From the IMG/VR virus record IMGVR_UViG_3300034095_000254: 64,000 bases of DNA. One strand, given 5' to 3'. Position numbers and translations under genes: made by a program. The notes beneath the pieces were generated by a model. That model ran no database searches. It had not been told where the DNA came from and saw only the letters and a program-made list of their open reading frames with translations. Shown here in pieces: positions 50,401 to 60,494 of this stretch (position 1 is its first letter; each line of letters opens with the position of its first letter). The stretch is from a virus.

Positions 50401-52244
50401 TATGATCTAATTGAGTTGAACTGATAATTGTAGCCAGCACCGAGATCGCCATTTGCAGTATTATCTGCGATGGCAGTAACATCCAATAGGGTTGGATCGA
50501 TTTGTACAATTTGGTTTAGAGCAGAAACAATGTCATATGATTCTGGTTTAACTTGCCATTCAAAAAATGCACCTTCTAAAGATACAATATTTAAAGCACG
50601 AACTAATATTAAACCTAGTTCGTAGTTAATAGTTCCTTGTGTTCTATTCACAAATACTTTATCTAAATTTGAATTTAAATAGTATAAACGAATGTTACCC
50701 ACAGAATCATCATCAAGATAGTGAACTTGAGTGCTACCTGGAATATAGAATCCAGTGGAAGCAAAAACCTCACCTTGTTTACCACCATCTTGAGAAATAG
50801 GGTTAATTAAGTTAAGCACATATTGCGCATTAACACCATACTGTGGGGTATGTGGGTGACGAACCATTAAACGAGTAATGTTATTAACAATAGAAGGATC
50901 TGATTGATCAATAATGCCTGTTAGTTTAGTGTAACGAAGAACACCATCAAACTTTTGTAGTTCATTTGTGTCATAAGCAAGGATAGCATTCTTAACAATA
51001 GTTTCAATCTGTGATGCAGTTTTGCCAGTTTCTTTAGGATTATAGTGGACGAATGATGTTACCTTAATATTAAAATATTCTGGATCAACAATTTCTGGAG
51101 TTATAGAAACAACACTTCTTGGAGTAAGAATCTCATTCGCTATTGTTTCTTTTTGTTGATTAGTTAATTTGGTGGCATCTTTTGGTTTAATACAAATGTA
51201 TGTCTTACCATAAACTGGAGGATTATTATCTTCGCCACCCCAAACTGACACTGTTTGTGCAGCAGGGAATTTACTATAAATTAATGCTTTGTAGTCGTCA
51301 GGTGTAACAGCACGATTTTGTGCAGCGAATAATCTTGGTGCATTAAATTTAATTGAAGCAAGATCTTCTGAAGCAGAACCATTTATCGCAGGGCTAACAG
51401 TGGTAACTGAAAGATTACTACCCAATACAGATGATCCATTGTATGTAAAAATGTTTGCAGAATTCGGTTCTTCTAAACTAGAAACGAAATAATTGATTGT
51501 TACTACATTACCATTACTCAATGCAGTTCCAAGAACTCCATTACCAAAAGTTATCTCATAAAGACCATCATCAATTTCTTTTAAGAAATATACTTTTGTG
51601 GTTTCAGTGACTGCTGTTAAATCTTCTGATCTTGTGTATGTTTCATATATGTCTGAAGTTGAAGATGATTGAACTTGAATAGACAAAGTAGAAATATCAA
51701 TATTTGCATTTGGTATAATATAACGAACACCAGTTGCCACAGTATATTTAAATGATAGCGGAGTGCCTTCAACCAGTGTTAAGTTAGAAAAAGTGTAATT
51801 ACCAGCAGTGCTTCTTGCAGTGGTCACATCTTCTAAATTATAGAAAACATAAGACACACCATCAATAGAAGTTAAGAATGGTTGTTGCGCATTTAATGTT
51901 GCAACAGCTGGGCTAGAAGTTGGAGCAGTGATGCTTGCATTAACAATGGCTCTTGCACATACTGCAGATCTTGGAGTATAACCAAGCATTTTTGAAAGAG
52001 AAACTACAGACGCTCTCTTACTCGCTGAGTCAAGGAACATTTCATTTACAGCAAGGTTAGTATAAACACCATTATAGTGAGTGTTGTATGCCAGTAAATC
52101 TATAAGAACAGAAAGACCAGATCCCTCAAAGTCATAATCTGAAAATTCAGCTTGTGCCTTTAGGAATGTTTTAAGATTAGTTTTAATGGTATCAAAGTCT
52201 AACTCTGATACCTTCATTCTTTTACTGTTTGTTGTGATTGCCAT
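50400..52244 (-). CDS. gp6: Baseplate wedge subunit
   Basis: LDFDTIK, DYDFEGSGLSVLIDLLAYNTHY and AQNRAVTPDDY. Confidence 0.95.
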   Translation of the reverse strand: MAITTNSKRMKVSELDFDTIKTNLKTFLKAQAEFSDYDFEGSGLSVLIDLLAYNTHYNGVYTNLAVNEMFLDSASKRASVVSLSKMLGYTPRSAVCARAIVNASITAPTSSPAVATLNAQQPFLTSIDGVSYVFYNLEDVTTARSTAGNYTFSNLTLVEGTPLSFKYTVATGVRYIIPNANIDISTLSIQVQSSSTSDIYETYTRSEDLTAVTETTKVYFLKEIDDGLYEITFGNGVLGTALSNGNVVTINYFVSSLEEPNSANIFTYNGSSVLGSNLSVTTVSPAINGSASEDLASIKFNAPRLFAAQNRAVTPDDYKALIYSKFPAAQTVSVWGGEDNNPPVYGKTYICIKPKDATKLTNQQKETIANEILTPRSVVSITPEIVDPEYFNIKVTSFVHYNPKETGKTASQIETIVKNAILAYDTNELQKFDGVLRYTKLTGIIDQSDPSIVNNITRLMVRHPHTPQYGVNAQYVLNLINPISQDGGKQGEVFASTGFYIPGSTQVHYLDDDSVGNIRLYYLNSNLDKVFVNRTQGTINYELGLILVRALNIVSLEGAFFEWQVKPESYDIVSALNQIVQIDPTLLDVTAIADNTANGDLGAGYNYQFNSIRS

Positions 52245-52637
52245 TTATCGTGTTCTCTCTAACGCTAATTCGAGAGTTATTGGTCTCTCGGTGTTTACTA
52301 TTGTAAATTCTAAAGTTACATAAACTTCATTTGCATCGGAATAATCGTCCACTCTAACATCAATAATATTAACTCGTGGTTCAAAGTTATTAATCACATC
52401 GATGACTGCTCGCTGAAGCATAACATTAAACATTGGTCCAGGTAGATCGAACAGCAACTGTCTAATCGGAGAACCAATTTCACTATGGAATGGTCTCTCA
52501 AAATTTCGGGTCAATAACAAATTCTTGACGGACTGCTTAATAGCATCATCGTCATATCGGCGAGTTATATCCTTCGTCACTGGATGCTTAGTGAAGGTAA
52601 GGTCTAAATCCGAGAATATTCTTGTGTTTCGTGCCAT
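52245..52637 (-). CDS. gp25: Baseplate wedge subunit
   Basis: FSDLDL.F..HP, AIKQSVKNLLLT..ERPF and INNFEPRV. Confidence 0.93.
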   Translation of the reverse strand: MARNTRIFSDLDLTFTKHPVTKDITRRYDDDAIKQSVKNLLLTRNFERPFHSEIGSPIRQLLFDLPGPMFNVMLQRAVIDVINNFEPRVNIIDVRVDDYSDANEVYVTLEFTIVNTERPITLELALERTR

Positions 52638-52651
52638 ATCGTTTATTTAGG

Positions 52652-52954
52652 TTATTCTATGAAAGAGTTATTAGAACCTTGCGCTATTGCATCGCCACAT
52701 TGGATACTATCTCCAATTCTAGCTGCTTTTTTACCTTCAATATAAGTCTTACTCGCTCCACTGCTGGGAATACGGATATCAGAATTATGTGTAGTTATTC
52801 CACAAGAGTGTGCTGCAAATTTACAATTAGAATCTACAACCCCAGCCAATTTCCCATTGAAATAGGTTTTAGCCACTGGGGTAGTTATCAGTGCAGTAGG
52901 TGCAAAACACCCATGTCCTGTGCTTTTATCTCCGATTGTTGCTACAGCAGGCAT
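52652..52954 (-). CDS. PAAR-like spike tip protein (T4 gp5.4-like)
   Basis: GD.STGHGCF.P, H.C...H and AARIGD.I.CG. Confidence 0.85.
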   Translation of the reverse strand: MPAVATIGDKSTGHGCFAPTALITTPVAKTYFNGKLAGVVDSNCKFAAHSCGITTHNSDIRIPSSGASKTYIEGKKAARIGDSIQCGDAIAQGSNNSFIE

Positions 52955-53421
52955 TATCTTCCTATCCTAGTTTGGGCGATAGCATTTATTAAAGCAGTCT
53001 TACCTGTGTCCCAGTTAAAAGTAGAAACAACAGTATAAGTCTGCTGAACATCTGGACCAATATTATTTTGATCTTCAGCAGTTACGGTATAACTATAAGT
53101 TACAGTTTGTACAGTCGGTGCAGTAAAAGAACAAATTTCATATGAGTTTGTAATGTCATTAAAATTAGTAACAGTATTGTATGTTTTATCTTTAGTCAAA
53201 TAGGTGATAATGCTTCCGCCATGGAATTCTGCGTCATACTGTCCAGAAATACTATTAGTACCTACAGTCATTAAAGCATTAGGTTTATCCGTAACGATTC
53301 CAGTAACTGCGTAATCAGTTAATGGATCTGGATCAACATAAGAAAATGACTGCGAATAGCTAGTATAAACAGGCAACTGATCTAAAGTCGTTAAAGCAGT
53401 AGTGGAAGGAGTCCAAGGCAT
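52954..53421 (-). CDS. Hypothetical baseplate-region protein
   Basis: 155-aa ORF coupled between gp5 and the PAAR gene. Confidence 0.6.
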   Translation of the reverse strand: MPWTPSTTALTTLDQLPVYTSYSQSFSYVDPDPLTDYAVTGIVTDKPNALMTVGTNSISGQYDAEFHGGSIITYLTKDKTYNTVTNFNDITNSYEICSFTAPTVQTVTYSYTVTAEDQNNIGPDVQQTYTVVSTFNWDTGKTALINAIAQTRIGR

Positions 53422-56400
53422 TACGCTGCTTTCGGAGGAATAGTGTCTAACAATACGAATCCAGAAGGAATACCCTTAGAATCTCGTTTATAAACTTTAT
53501 CATTTACCATAGTGAATGCTTGTTTTCTTCCACCCTTTGATTTAAAGGACACATGGATCCAACATGATTCTGGGAAACGATACTCTAAAATTAACTGGTC
53601 GTATGGAAGGATCTTTTCGAGTTGTTGAATAAACTCGTATGTTTTGCCATATTTGTCTGGAAGCATAATACCGATATCTAATGCTTGTCCTTTACAATGG
53701 TCTGATGTTGGCGACTCATTGGCAACAACACCCTTTAGACGATAACCTGAGTTAATCTTCCACTGTTTCTTATATCCACCAATACCACCTGGAAGAACAT
53801 TTACTGCTGGCTCAAGAAGATTCTGGCAGGTCAGGGCAAGATTACATACAATTTCCTGAGCAGTGTATAATCTTTCTGGTGCATCTTTACTATCTTTAAG
53901 CATTTGGTCAACAAGTTTATGTTTACCACCAACACCACCATCCATTAACATTCCAAGAGTAAAGTTCTGTGACATTCTAAAGTCATTTGTAAACTCTTTA
54001 GATGCGTAGATAATATCGCAACTAACTGGAACTGTCGTGGTAGAACCACCTGATGGTTTTGGTGCTTCTTCTGTGGCAATTGGTATTGGTGCACCAATAA
54101 CACCTTCTTTTCTACTAGTCTCTGCAGATGCTGCACGACCTTCTGGTGTATCAAAGTCATCTGGAGTTTCAGCAACAGTTTTTTCTTCGAACTGTCTTTC
54201 TGGTGGAATAGCAAAAGGAACAACTGGAGATATTGGATTACCCACTGGTGGTGGAGTTAAGTCTACCTCAGGTGTAACAATAGTTTCGCTACCAGCTGCA
54301 CCATTACCAAATTGACCTTCAGCATAATCTGCGGATAATGTTCCACCTGCAAGGATATCCATACTACCACTTGATTGAAGATTAACTGTGGCACCAAATA
54401 GATTAAATCCTTCATCTGCAGCAACTGAAACTGCAGAACCATTTATAGCATAATTAGTGTCTGCTCTTTGGTTAATATTTGCAGCTTGAATATCAATATC
54501 ACCAACTGCTTTAATGAGGATGTCGCCACCTGCAGACATGTAGATGTCATTGGCAACACCGATGTCTAGATTTTGTCCAACAGTAAGGGTAGCATTTTGT
54601 TCAACTTGAATATTGGCATCTGTTCGAGCATAGATGTTTGCATTGCCACTTACGGTAATGTTTAATTCACCAGCTACTGATAAACAACCATTTCTTTCCA
54701 TGACAACAAAGTTATCTCCAACAATGAAATTTACCTGTGTTCCGTTTGGATCAATTTCACTGAATGTTCCAGATCTATGGTAAGTGTTTATTCTTTCATA
54801 TCCTGGAGTATCATCAAATTCTTGTAGATGACCAGATTCTGTTTCAAGCACTTTGTTAAATGGATACTTTGCTCCATATGGTGCTTCTGGCTGATCCCAT
54901 GTTCCATTGTCAAGTGCTTTTGGTACACCCAACTTACGGATGGCATCTTTCTTCTTAATAACTGTGCCTTCAATAATACCACGAGCAAGACGATTTGTAT
55001 CTGGCTCTCCAATGTATTCTTTTAGAGGATACTTGTTATTTGGATCTCTAAATCCAGTTGTACCAGAACCACTGCTGATAGATTCAGGCGATGGTTGTGG
55101 TGTTGTAACAATACCTACTGGTGGTTTATCTGGAATCGGTGGATTTGCATCTTTCTCTGGAGCACCAACATCTGGTGACTGTCCGTAGAAGTATTCGTAG
55201 TATGATTTCTTTCTTGCTGAAATGTCAGGTGAGTTTACACCAACTGCTTGTTTCGCTGCAAGGAAATATCCAGGATGGTCATTAGTATTAACACCCTTTG
55301 GCACTCTGTCTTTAATATACAATGCAGCAACCAATGCTGATACATTAATGTCAGCATCAAGTGAGTCTGGATTATTGACAATGTCAAGATTCAATCCCAT
55401 GGCATTGGCGAGTTTTTGATATCTTGTGTAGTTTGATTTACCAGTTAGCTGAATAAATCCACGACCAAAATACTTACCACCATCTGCATCTGTTTGATTA
55501 CCAAGGAATCCTTTTCCTCGTTTTGTTGGACCATATGCCCATGAGAAAAATTCTGCTCTTGTTAATCCTCGTTTTTGAGCATTGGCATACTTAGCAATAT
55601 CTTCTGGAGTGGCAAATGAATAAATTGTTTTAAGACGAGCCTCAGAATAATTGTATGCTTCTAACTGAGGAATCCAAGTGCTCTCACCACCAGCAATACC
55701 AAGCAATGCACACTTCTGTTCTTTAGTGGTTAATCCAACTTTATCACAAGCTGCAATTAATGCTTTAATACCTTCTGATGATTTGTTTGGATTACTTGAG
55801 GACTTCGCTGGAGGTATAGTAGGGATTGATACATTACTAGCTGTAGCTTTTACAGGATTTGCACTAGTGCCTGTAACTACTGGAGTCCCATCGCTGGTAA
55901 CTAGATTAGTGACTCTACTTTCAGCAACAGCAGCAAGGTTTGTTGGTGCAGCTTGAAACTTTACAATATTCTCTTGATAGTTTACAACTGGATTACTTAC
56001 TGTAATTCTAGTTCCACTATCAACAGAAACAATAAAGGTATCAGATGGAAGACCAAATGCCAATACTTTCATATTGGCTCTTAAATCTTTGGTTAAAGTA
56101 GTTGATCCCGTATCTTTATCGTAGAAAGTTAATTGTGTTCCATTTGTTGGACCAGGAATAGTTCTTAGTTCTAGGTTTTCAATTTTACCACCAGAACCGA
56201 TAGGTGCGTCATCTTCTTGATCAATCGGTGCTGGCGCAGAAGGAATACCACCAACAGTACCAATCATAATTGGTTGTTGGTTATCGTCATCAGCAAATAT
56301 GATAATTACGGAAGTGCCTTCAACTGGACCAATCGGAGATGATCCAATACCATTCATTGCAGCAGAAGTAACTGACTGCATTGGGTGTGCCCATGGCAAA

Positions 56401-56516
56401 TCTGCAGTAGGAAGCTGTGATTTATCGTGAGTGTGTAATCCAACTACTCGGACTTGACAACGACCAAGTTTTAATGGATCACTTCTATTTTCTACGACAC
56501 CATAGTGAAAATTCAT
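53421..56516 (-). CDS. gp5: Baseplate hub / tail spike with GH19-like lysozyme and M15-like peptidase domains
   Basis: OB-fold GVVENRSDPLKLGRCQVRVVGLH; GH19 motif DGGKYFGRGFIQLTGKSNY; ESGHLQEFDDTPG beta-helix; C-terminal INSGYR...SDH..GQA.D...WIHVS. Confidence 0.92.
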   Translation of the reverse strand: MNFHYGVVENRSDPLKLGRCQVRVVGLHTHDKSQLPTADLPWAHPMQSVTSAAMNGIGSSPIGPVEGTSVIIIFADDDNQQPIMIGTVGGIPSAPAPIDQEDDAPIGSGGKIENLELRTIPGPTNGTQLTFYDKDTGSTTLTKDLRANMKVLAFGLPSDTFIVSVDSGTRITVSNPVVNYQENIVKFQAAPTNLAAVAESRVTNLVTSDGTPVVTGTSANPVKATASNVSIPTIPPAKSSSNPNKSSEGIKALIAACDKVGLTTKEQKCALLGIAGGESTWIPQLEAYNYSEARLKTIYSFATPEDIAKYANAQKRGLTRAEFFSWAYGPTKRGKGFLGNQTDADGGKYFGRGFIQLTGKSNYTRYQKLANAMGLNLDIVNNPDSLDADINVSALVAALYIKDRVPKGVNTNDHPGYFLAAKQAVGVNSPDISARKKSYYEYFYGQSPDVGAPEKDANPPIPDKPPVGIVTTPQPSPESISSGSGTTGFRDPNNKYPLKEYIGEPDTNRLARGIIEGTVIKKKDAIRKLGVPKALDNGTWDQPEAPYGAKYPFNKVLETESGHLQEFDDTPGYERINTYHRSGTFSEIDPNGTQVNFIVGDNFVVMERNGCLSVAGELNITVSGNANIYARTDANIQVEQNATLTVGQNLDIGVANDIYMSAGGDILIKAVGDIDIQAANINQRADTNYAINGSAVSVAADEGFNLFGATVNLQSSGSMDILAGGTLSADYAEGQFGNGAAGSETIVTPEVDLTPPPVGNPISPVVPFAIPPERQFEEKTVAETPDDFDTPEGRAASAETSRKEGVIGAPIPIATEEAPKPSGGSTTTVPVSCDIIYASKEFTNDFRMSQNFTLGMLMDGGVGGKHKLVDQMLKDSKDAPERLYTAQEIVCNLALTCQNLLEPAVNVLPGGIGGYKKQWKINSGYRLKGVVANESPTSDHCKGQALDIGIMLPDKYGKTYEFIQQLEKILPYDQLILEYRFPESCWIHVSFKSKGGRKQAFTMVNDKVYKRDSKGIPSGFVLLDTIPPKAA

Positions 56517-57793
56517 TATTTGTTCCTATTCATATCCATTTGCGATGATTCTTTAATTAGCTCCATATAACACTCATGCTTTTCTCTGTCTACATAATGA
56601 TTAATGGCAGCAATAATATAATACCCTGAAAACATTTTGTCAGTGATATCTTTATCTTTTGGAGATAGTGGTTCTATTCTATTTAATACCACACCAACTT
56701 TTTGTCCAACAGTGTAATCAGTTCTTCCTGGAACTGTAATACTAATTTTATTGGCTTCTGCCAATTTCATTAAAGATGCTCGTTCTTGAAAAGTCTTTGA
56801 GTTAGTGACATCTCCAAACCCATTAAAATTACCGTAGTCTTTAGGGTAATTAATAAGAGTGGAGTTTGATCTAAAGATTGCTTTATTGGAGTTGACTGGA
56901 TACTTGTTTAAATGTTTTTGTTGTTCAAATCTTTGGAACATGTTATAGTTTTTAACTGAATATGTTTTCTTTGTAACATCATACATAATCTGTCTTGATG
57001 ATAACATACCATTGCGGATTCTATCCATGTAATCGTATGCTACTGGAATACTGATATCTGTAATTCTTTTATAATCTTCATTCACATTTCTAACATCACC
57101 ACCATTGGGTAATTTATCACGACTATATTTGTCATATGTGAATTCTTGGAATGGTTTGGTCTGATATAGTGTCTCTAAACTTATAAAATAAAACCCATCT
57201 CTGTTCTCAAAGAAAACATAGTTCGGTGTCTTATTCATATTCACTGCTTGCTCACAAAGATACATAATGTTCTTAATGGGAGACCAGTAATTTGAAATGT
57301 ATTTTACATTGGAAAGAGTTGGTTCTATATGAACTTTCTTCTCACTCTCTAGACCAATAATTTTATCTTTAATAAATGGTGTGACTAATTCAGAAACTTT
57401 ATTACCGAACACACGACTAATCTTTTTATTAAGATCTGCAACTGCTTCAGTAGATACAAAATGTATCTGGTAAATAACAGAACGATCACCAAGCAGTTCT
57501 CTATCAGTTAATTTGTAAATATAATATTTACCTTTGATAGAACTACCCTTTAATGCAGGTGTGGTGATATCTATCTCAACATACTCTTCACCAATAAACG
57601 GAAACAGATTAATAAGATCCAATGATTCTTTTATAATGATACTACCAGTTATAAATGGTGAGAAAATATCTTCATAAAATTGAACAGTTAAAACTTGTCC
57701 AGTGATGTCTTGATAAAATCCCTTCGGGGTAATTATCTGAACTTTATTAATGCTGACATCGCCAGCAAACCTCAATTGTTGACTAGATTTCAT
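56516..57793 (-). CDS. Baseplate hub / tail protein (gp27-like by position)
   Basis: YEDIFSPFITG, FFENRDGFYF.S and FSGYYII.AINH; lies between gp53 and gp5. Confidence 0.65.
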   Translation of the reverse strand: MKSSQQLRFAGDVSINKVQIITPKGFYQDITGQVLTVQFYEDIFSPFITGSIIIKESLDLINLFPFIGEEYVEIDITTPALKGSSIKGKYYIYKLTDRELLGDRSVIYQIHFVSTEAVADLNKKISRVFGNKVSELVTPFIKDKIIGLESEKKVHIEPTLSNVKYISNYWSPIKNIMYLCEQAVNMNKTPNYVFFENRDGFYFISLETLYQTKPFQEFTYDKYSRDKLPNGGDVRNVNEDYKRITDISIPVAYDYMDRIRNGMLSSRQIMYDVTKKTYSVKNYNMFQRFEQQKHLNKYPVNSNKAIFRSNSTLINYPKDYGNFNGFGDVTNSKTFQERASLMKLAEANKISITVPGRTDYTVGQKVGVVLNRIEPLSPKDKDITDKMFSGYYIIAAINHYVDREKHECYMELIKESSQMDMNRNK

Positions 57794-58284
57794 TACAATA
57801 ATTCTTTATATTGTGTCAGTATAGTTGATATAACCTGTGGAGAAATTACTTTAATTCTTCTTTTTGATTCATTGAGTGCTCTCTCGAAATCATCATTTGA
57901 TACTGATACAGCACCAGTAGCAGTAGAGTTTACAACAAACCCTGCAGCGTTTACATAGTGGCGAATTGCATATCTCTGAGCACCATAAGTTGCTACGATA
58001 TGTTTTACCAGTGCTTGTTCTGATAAAGGAAAGTCAGAAATGTAATCGTGTTTCTGATTTGCCAACATAATAATCCAGTGATATTCTGGATCACCATATA
58101 TCTTTTCAGCAACAATTTCTGGAGTCTCTCCATCGACAATATCATACTCATCGAATAGAGTTACATTTTCTAATACTTCTTTACGGAAACGAACATTCCT
58201 AGTGATGTCAGTTACAACTGTAGTTTTAGTTGTGTTTCCGTATTTGAAGTCGTATAAAAACTGTGGGAATTCTTTAAAATACAT
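57793..58284 (-). CDS. gp53: Baseplate wedge subunit
   Basis: MYFKEFP and YDIVDGETPEIVAEKIYGDPEYHWIIMLAN. Confidence 0.92.
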   Translation of the reverse strand: MYFKEFPQFLYDFKYGNTTKTTVVTDITRNVRFRKEVLENVTLFDEYDIVDGETPEIVAEKIYGDPEYHWIIMLANQKHDYISDFPLSEQALVKHIVATYGAQRYAIRHYVNAAGFVVNSTATGAVSVSNDDFERALNESKRRIKVISPQVISTILTQYKELL

Positions 58285-59405
58285 TATAGACCATCCGCAA
58301 TTTTGTCTTTGGTTAGTAGAGCCAATTCTCTAAAGTTCATGGTAACATTAATCTGTGTTGGCATACCATTATCAAATGTAGTAAATGCACCATTCGGTGT
58401 ATAGTTTACATTCATCTCAGTTAATACGCATGAGGTATGGCGATGTAGATTTTGGTTTTCTTGACCATTTTGATAGTAGAAAATATCAAACTCAGATGGG
58501 TAGATATAAACAAAATTGTTATTATCTTTAAACTCTGGGTGCATATGGTATTTAAATGTTTTAATAATATTCAAAACATTGGCAGCTTCAGTGGAACTTC
58601 TTGGGAAGAATTGATAATCAAAAGCAAATGTTCTGAAATCTACACCCTTAAAGATTTGTTCCTTTTTAGGATTTGCAGCAAGACCAGTAGCTGCAGATAG
58701 TCCTGGACCTTTTGATAAAGCCAAATTAGTAATAATTGCTTTTCCTGGTTCTGATAAGTTTTTAGCATCTCCTTTACTAACAGCATTTATTAACTCTTGA
58801 GATGCAGATGTAGCCATTTGTAAAGCACCAGTATCTTCGTCACCCCACTGCATTCCATATCGAATGGATAATTGATTTGGCACATGCATGGCAATAGCAG
58901 TTTTTAATCTTTTTTGCGCACGAGTCGCAGATGCAGCCAGTGAAGCAGTAGCTGCTGCACCGATAGTTGCCAATGCTGCAGCTGAAGTGCTAAGTTCACC
59001 AACACCAAGTGCCTTACCTAAAACTGCACCACCAGCATTTAAAGCAGCAGAGCCAGCAAACAACTTTCCAGTTGTTAAGTTTTGTGCGATTAAATCTCCA
59101 CGATCTCTTGGAGTGATGTTAGCTACAAAATTATCTGAAGTTAAAGAATTTGCTAGTTTAGAATCTATTGCAATATTGATATAAAATATAACATAGTTAC
59201 CACCATACTTTCCACCAGCAGCAAGCAAATCCTCAGGATACATGTGTTGTTTAACCTCATAAGGAGACGCTTCGGCACTCCCTTTATGTAGTTCTGCTCC
59301 TCTAGTACTACCCATATTTGGTGGGCGACTAAGCGAAGTTGCTTTATTTTGAAGAGCCGAAGCAGCAGAAACTGCCTTATCTCTAATGTCTGAAAGGAGT
59401 GCCAT
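58284..59405 (-). CDS. gp48: Baseplate tail-tube cap
   Basis: NPKKEQIFKGVDFRTFAFDYQFFPRS..EA and CVLTEMNVNYTPNG...MNFREL. Confidence 0.88.
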   Translation of the reverse strand: MALLSDIRDKAVSAASALQNKATSLSRPPNMGSTRGAELHKGSAEASPYEVKQHMYPEDLLAAGGKYGGNYVIFYINIAIDSKLANSLTSDNFVANITPRDRGDLIAQNLTTGKLFAGSAALNAGGAVLGKALGVGELSTSAAALATIGAAATASLAASATRAQKRLKTAIAMHVPNQLSIRYGMQWGDEDTGALQMATSASQELINAVSKGDAKNLSEPGKAIITNLALSKGPGLSAATGLAANPKKEQIFKGVDFRTFAFDYQFFPRSSTEAANVLNIIKTFKYHMHPEFKDNNNFVYIYPSEFDIFYYQNGQENQNLHRHTSCVLTEMNVNYTPNGAFTTFDNGMPTQINVTMNFRELALLTKDKIADGL

Positions 59406-59419
59406 TTGTTGTCTTTACC

Positions 59420-59456
59420 CTAAATATGGTTATTATTATCCTAATTAGTTATTTAT
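59420..59456. promoter_or_regulatory. Face-to-face pair of late-promoter motifs at the strand switch
   Basis: CTAAATA on + at 59420-59426 (for gp4) and ATAAATA on - at 59450-59456 (for gp48), the latter overlapping the gp4 ATG. Confidence 0.6.
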
Positions 59457-59886
59457 GTTCCACAAGAGAAAGTATATTCCTATATTCCCAGAAAAATATA
59501 CAGGGGATCCTTCAAACATTATTATGAGATCCAGCTGGGAAACCAGATTCGCTTCTTGGTGCGATAAGAATCCTAGTGTATTGAAGTGGAATTCAGAAGA
59601 AACGATTATACCCTACAAGTGTCCAACGGATAATCGTATTCATCGTTATTTCGTGGATTTTAAGATTACCGTAACTACAGGTAAAACCTATCTGGTCGAA
59701 GTTAAACCAAAAACACAAACCCAACCACCTATTTATCCTGGAAAGAGAACCCAACGATACTTGCAAGAGTCTTTAGCGTTTATGAAGAACCAAGCAAAGT
59801 GGGAAGCAGCAAGCGAATTTGCCAAAGATAGAGGATGGGAGTTCAAAATTATAACTGAACACGAGTTGGGTCTAGCACCTAAATAA
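59455..59886 (+). CDS. gp4: Head completion nuclease
   Basis: PEKYTGD, RSSWE, HRYFVDF, LVEVKP and NQAKWEAA. Confidence 0.92.
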   Translation: MFHKRKYIPIFPEKYTGDPSNIIMRSSWETRFASWCDKNPSVLKWNSEETIIPYKCPTDNRIHRYFVDFKITVTTGKTYLVEVKPKTQTQPPIYPGKRTQRYLQESLAFMKNQAKWEAASEFAKDRGWEFKIITEHELGLAPK

Positions 59887-59890
59887 GAGT

Positions 59891-60493
59891 ATGGCTAAAA
59901 ATTCAACAATGCTCGATGTATTCGAACGAAACAAATATGACTTGGCAACCACTGTCAGAAAGTCTAAGGGATGGTTCGACCAACAAGTCACTCTGTTGAC
60001 TAAGCAACAACTTACCCCAGCAAGAGTGTTAAGTGGAAATACTGATGATTTGGTGACTAGAATCATGCCTGGAAGATTATACATGTATGGCTATGATCCT
60101 AAAGGTAAGAAAGATCTACCATACTATGACAGATTCCCTTTGGTGTTTCCATTCAGTAGGACTCCAGATGGGTTTATGGGATTAAATATGCATTACCTTC
60201 CATATCATTTAAGGATTAGACTCCTTGATGCTTTGTTGGTGTTTAAATCTAACAATCGTATGGACGAAACAACTAGGTTAAAATATTCATGGCAAGTTAT
60301 AGATGGTATTTCTAGGTTTGCAGCTGCACAACCTTGTGTTAAGCAATACTTAACTGGTCATGTAAGAACACAATTTAGACAAATCAATGCTGATGATTGG
60401 GCAACTGCTATGTTGCTTCCAGTTGAACGATTTGTCGGAGCATCTAAACAAGAAATATGGTCGGATTCGATCAAGAAAATGAGAAGGGTTTAA
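59891..60493 (+). CDS. gp2: DNA end protector protein
   Basis: GRLYMYGYDPKGK..LPYYDRFPLV, GLNMHYLP and CVKQYL..HVR. Confidence 0.92.
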   Translation: MAKNSTMLDVFERNKYDLATTVRKSKGWFDQQVTLLTKQQLTPARVLSGNTDDLVTRIMPGRLYMYGYDPKGKKDLPYYDRFPLVFPFSRTPDGFMGLNMHYLPYHLRIRLLDALLVFKSNNRMDETTRLKYSWQVIDGISRFAAAQPCVKQYLTGHVRTQFRQINADDWATAMLLPVERFVGASKQEIWSDSIKKMRRV

Positions 60494-60494
60494 A

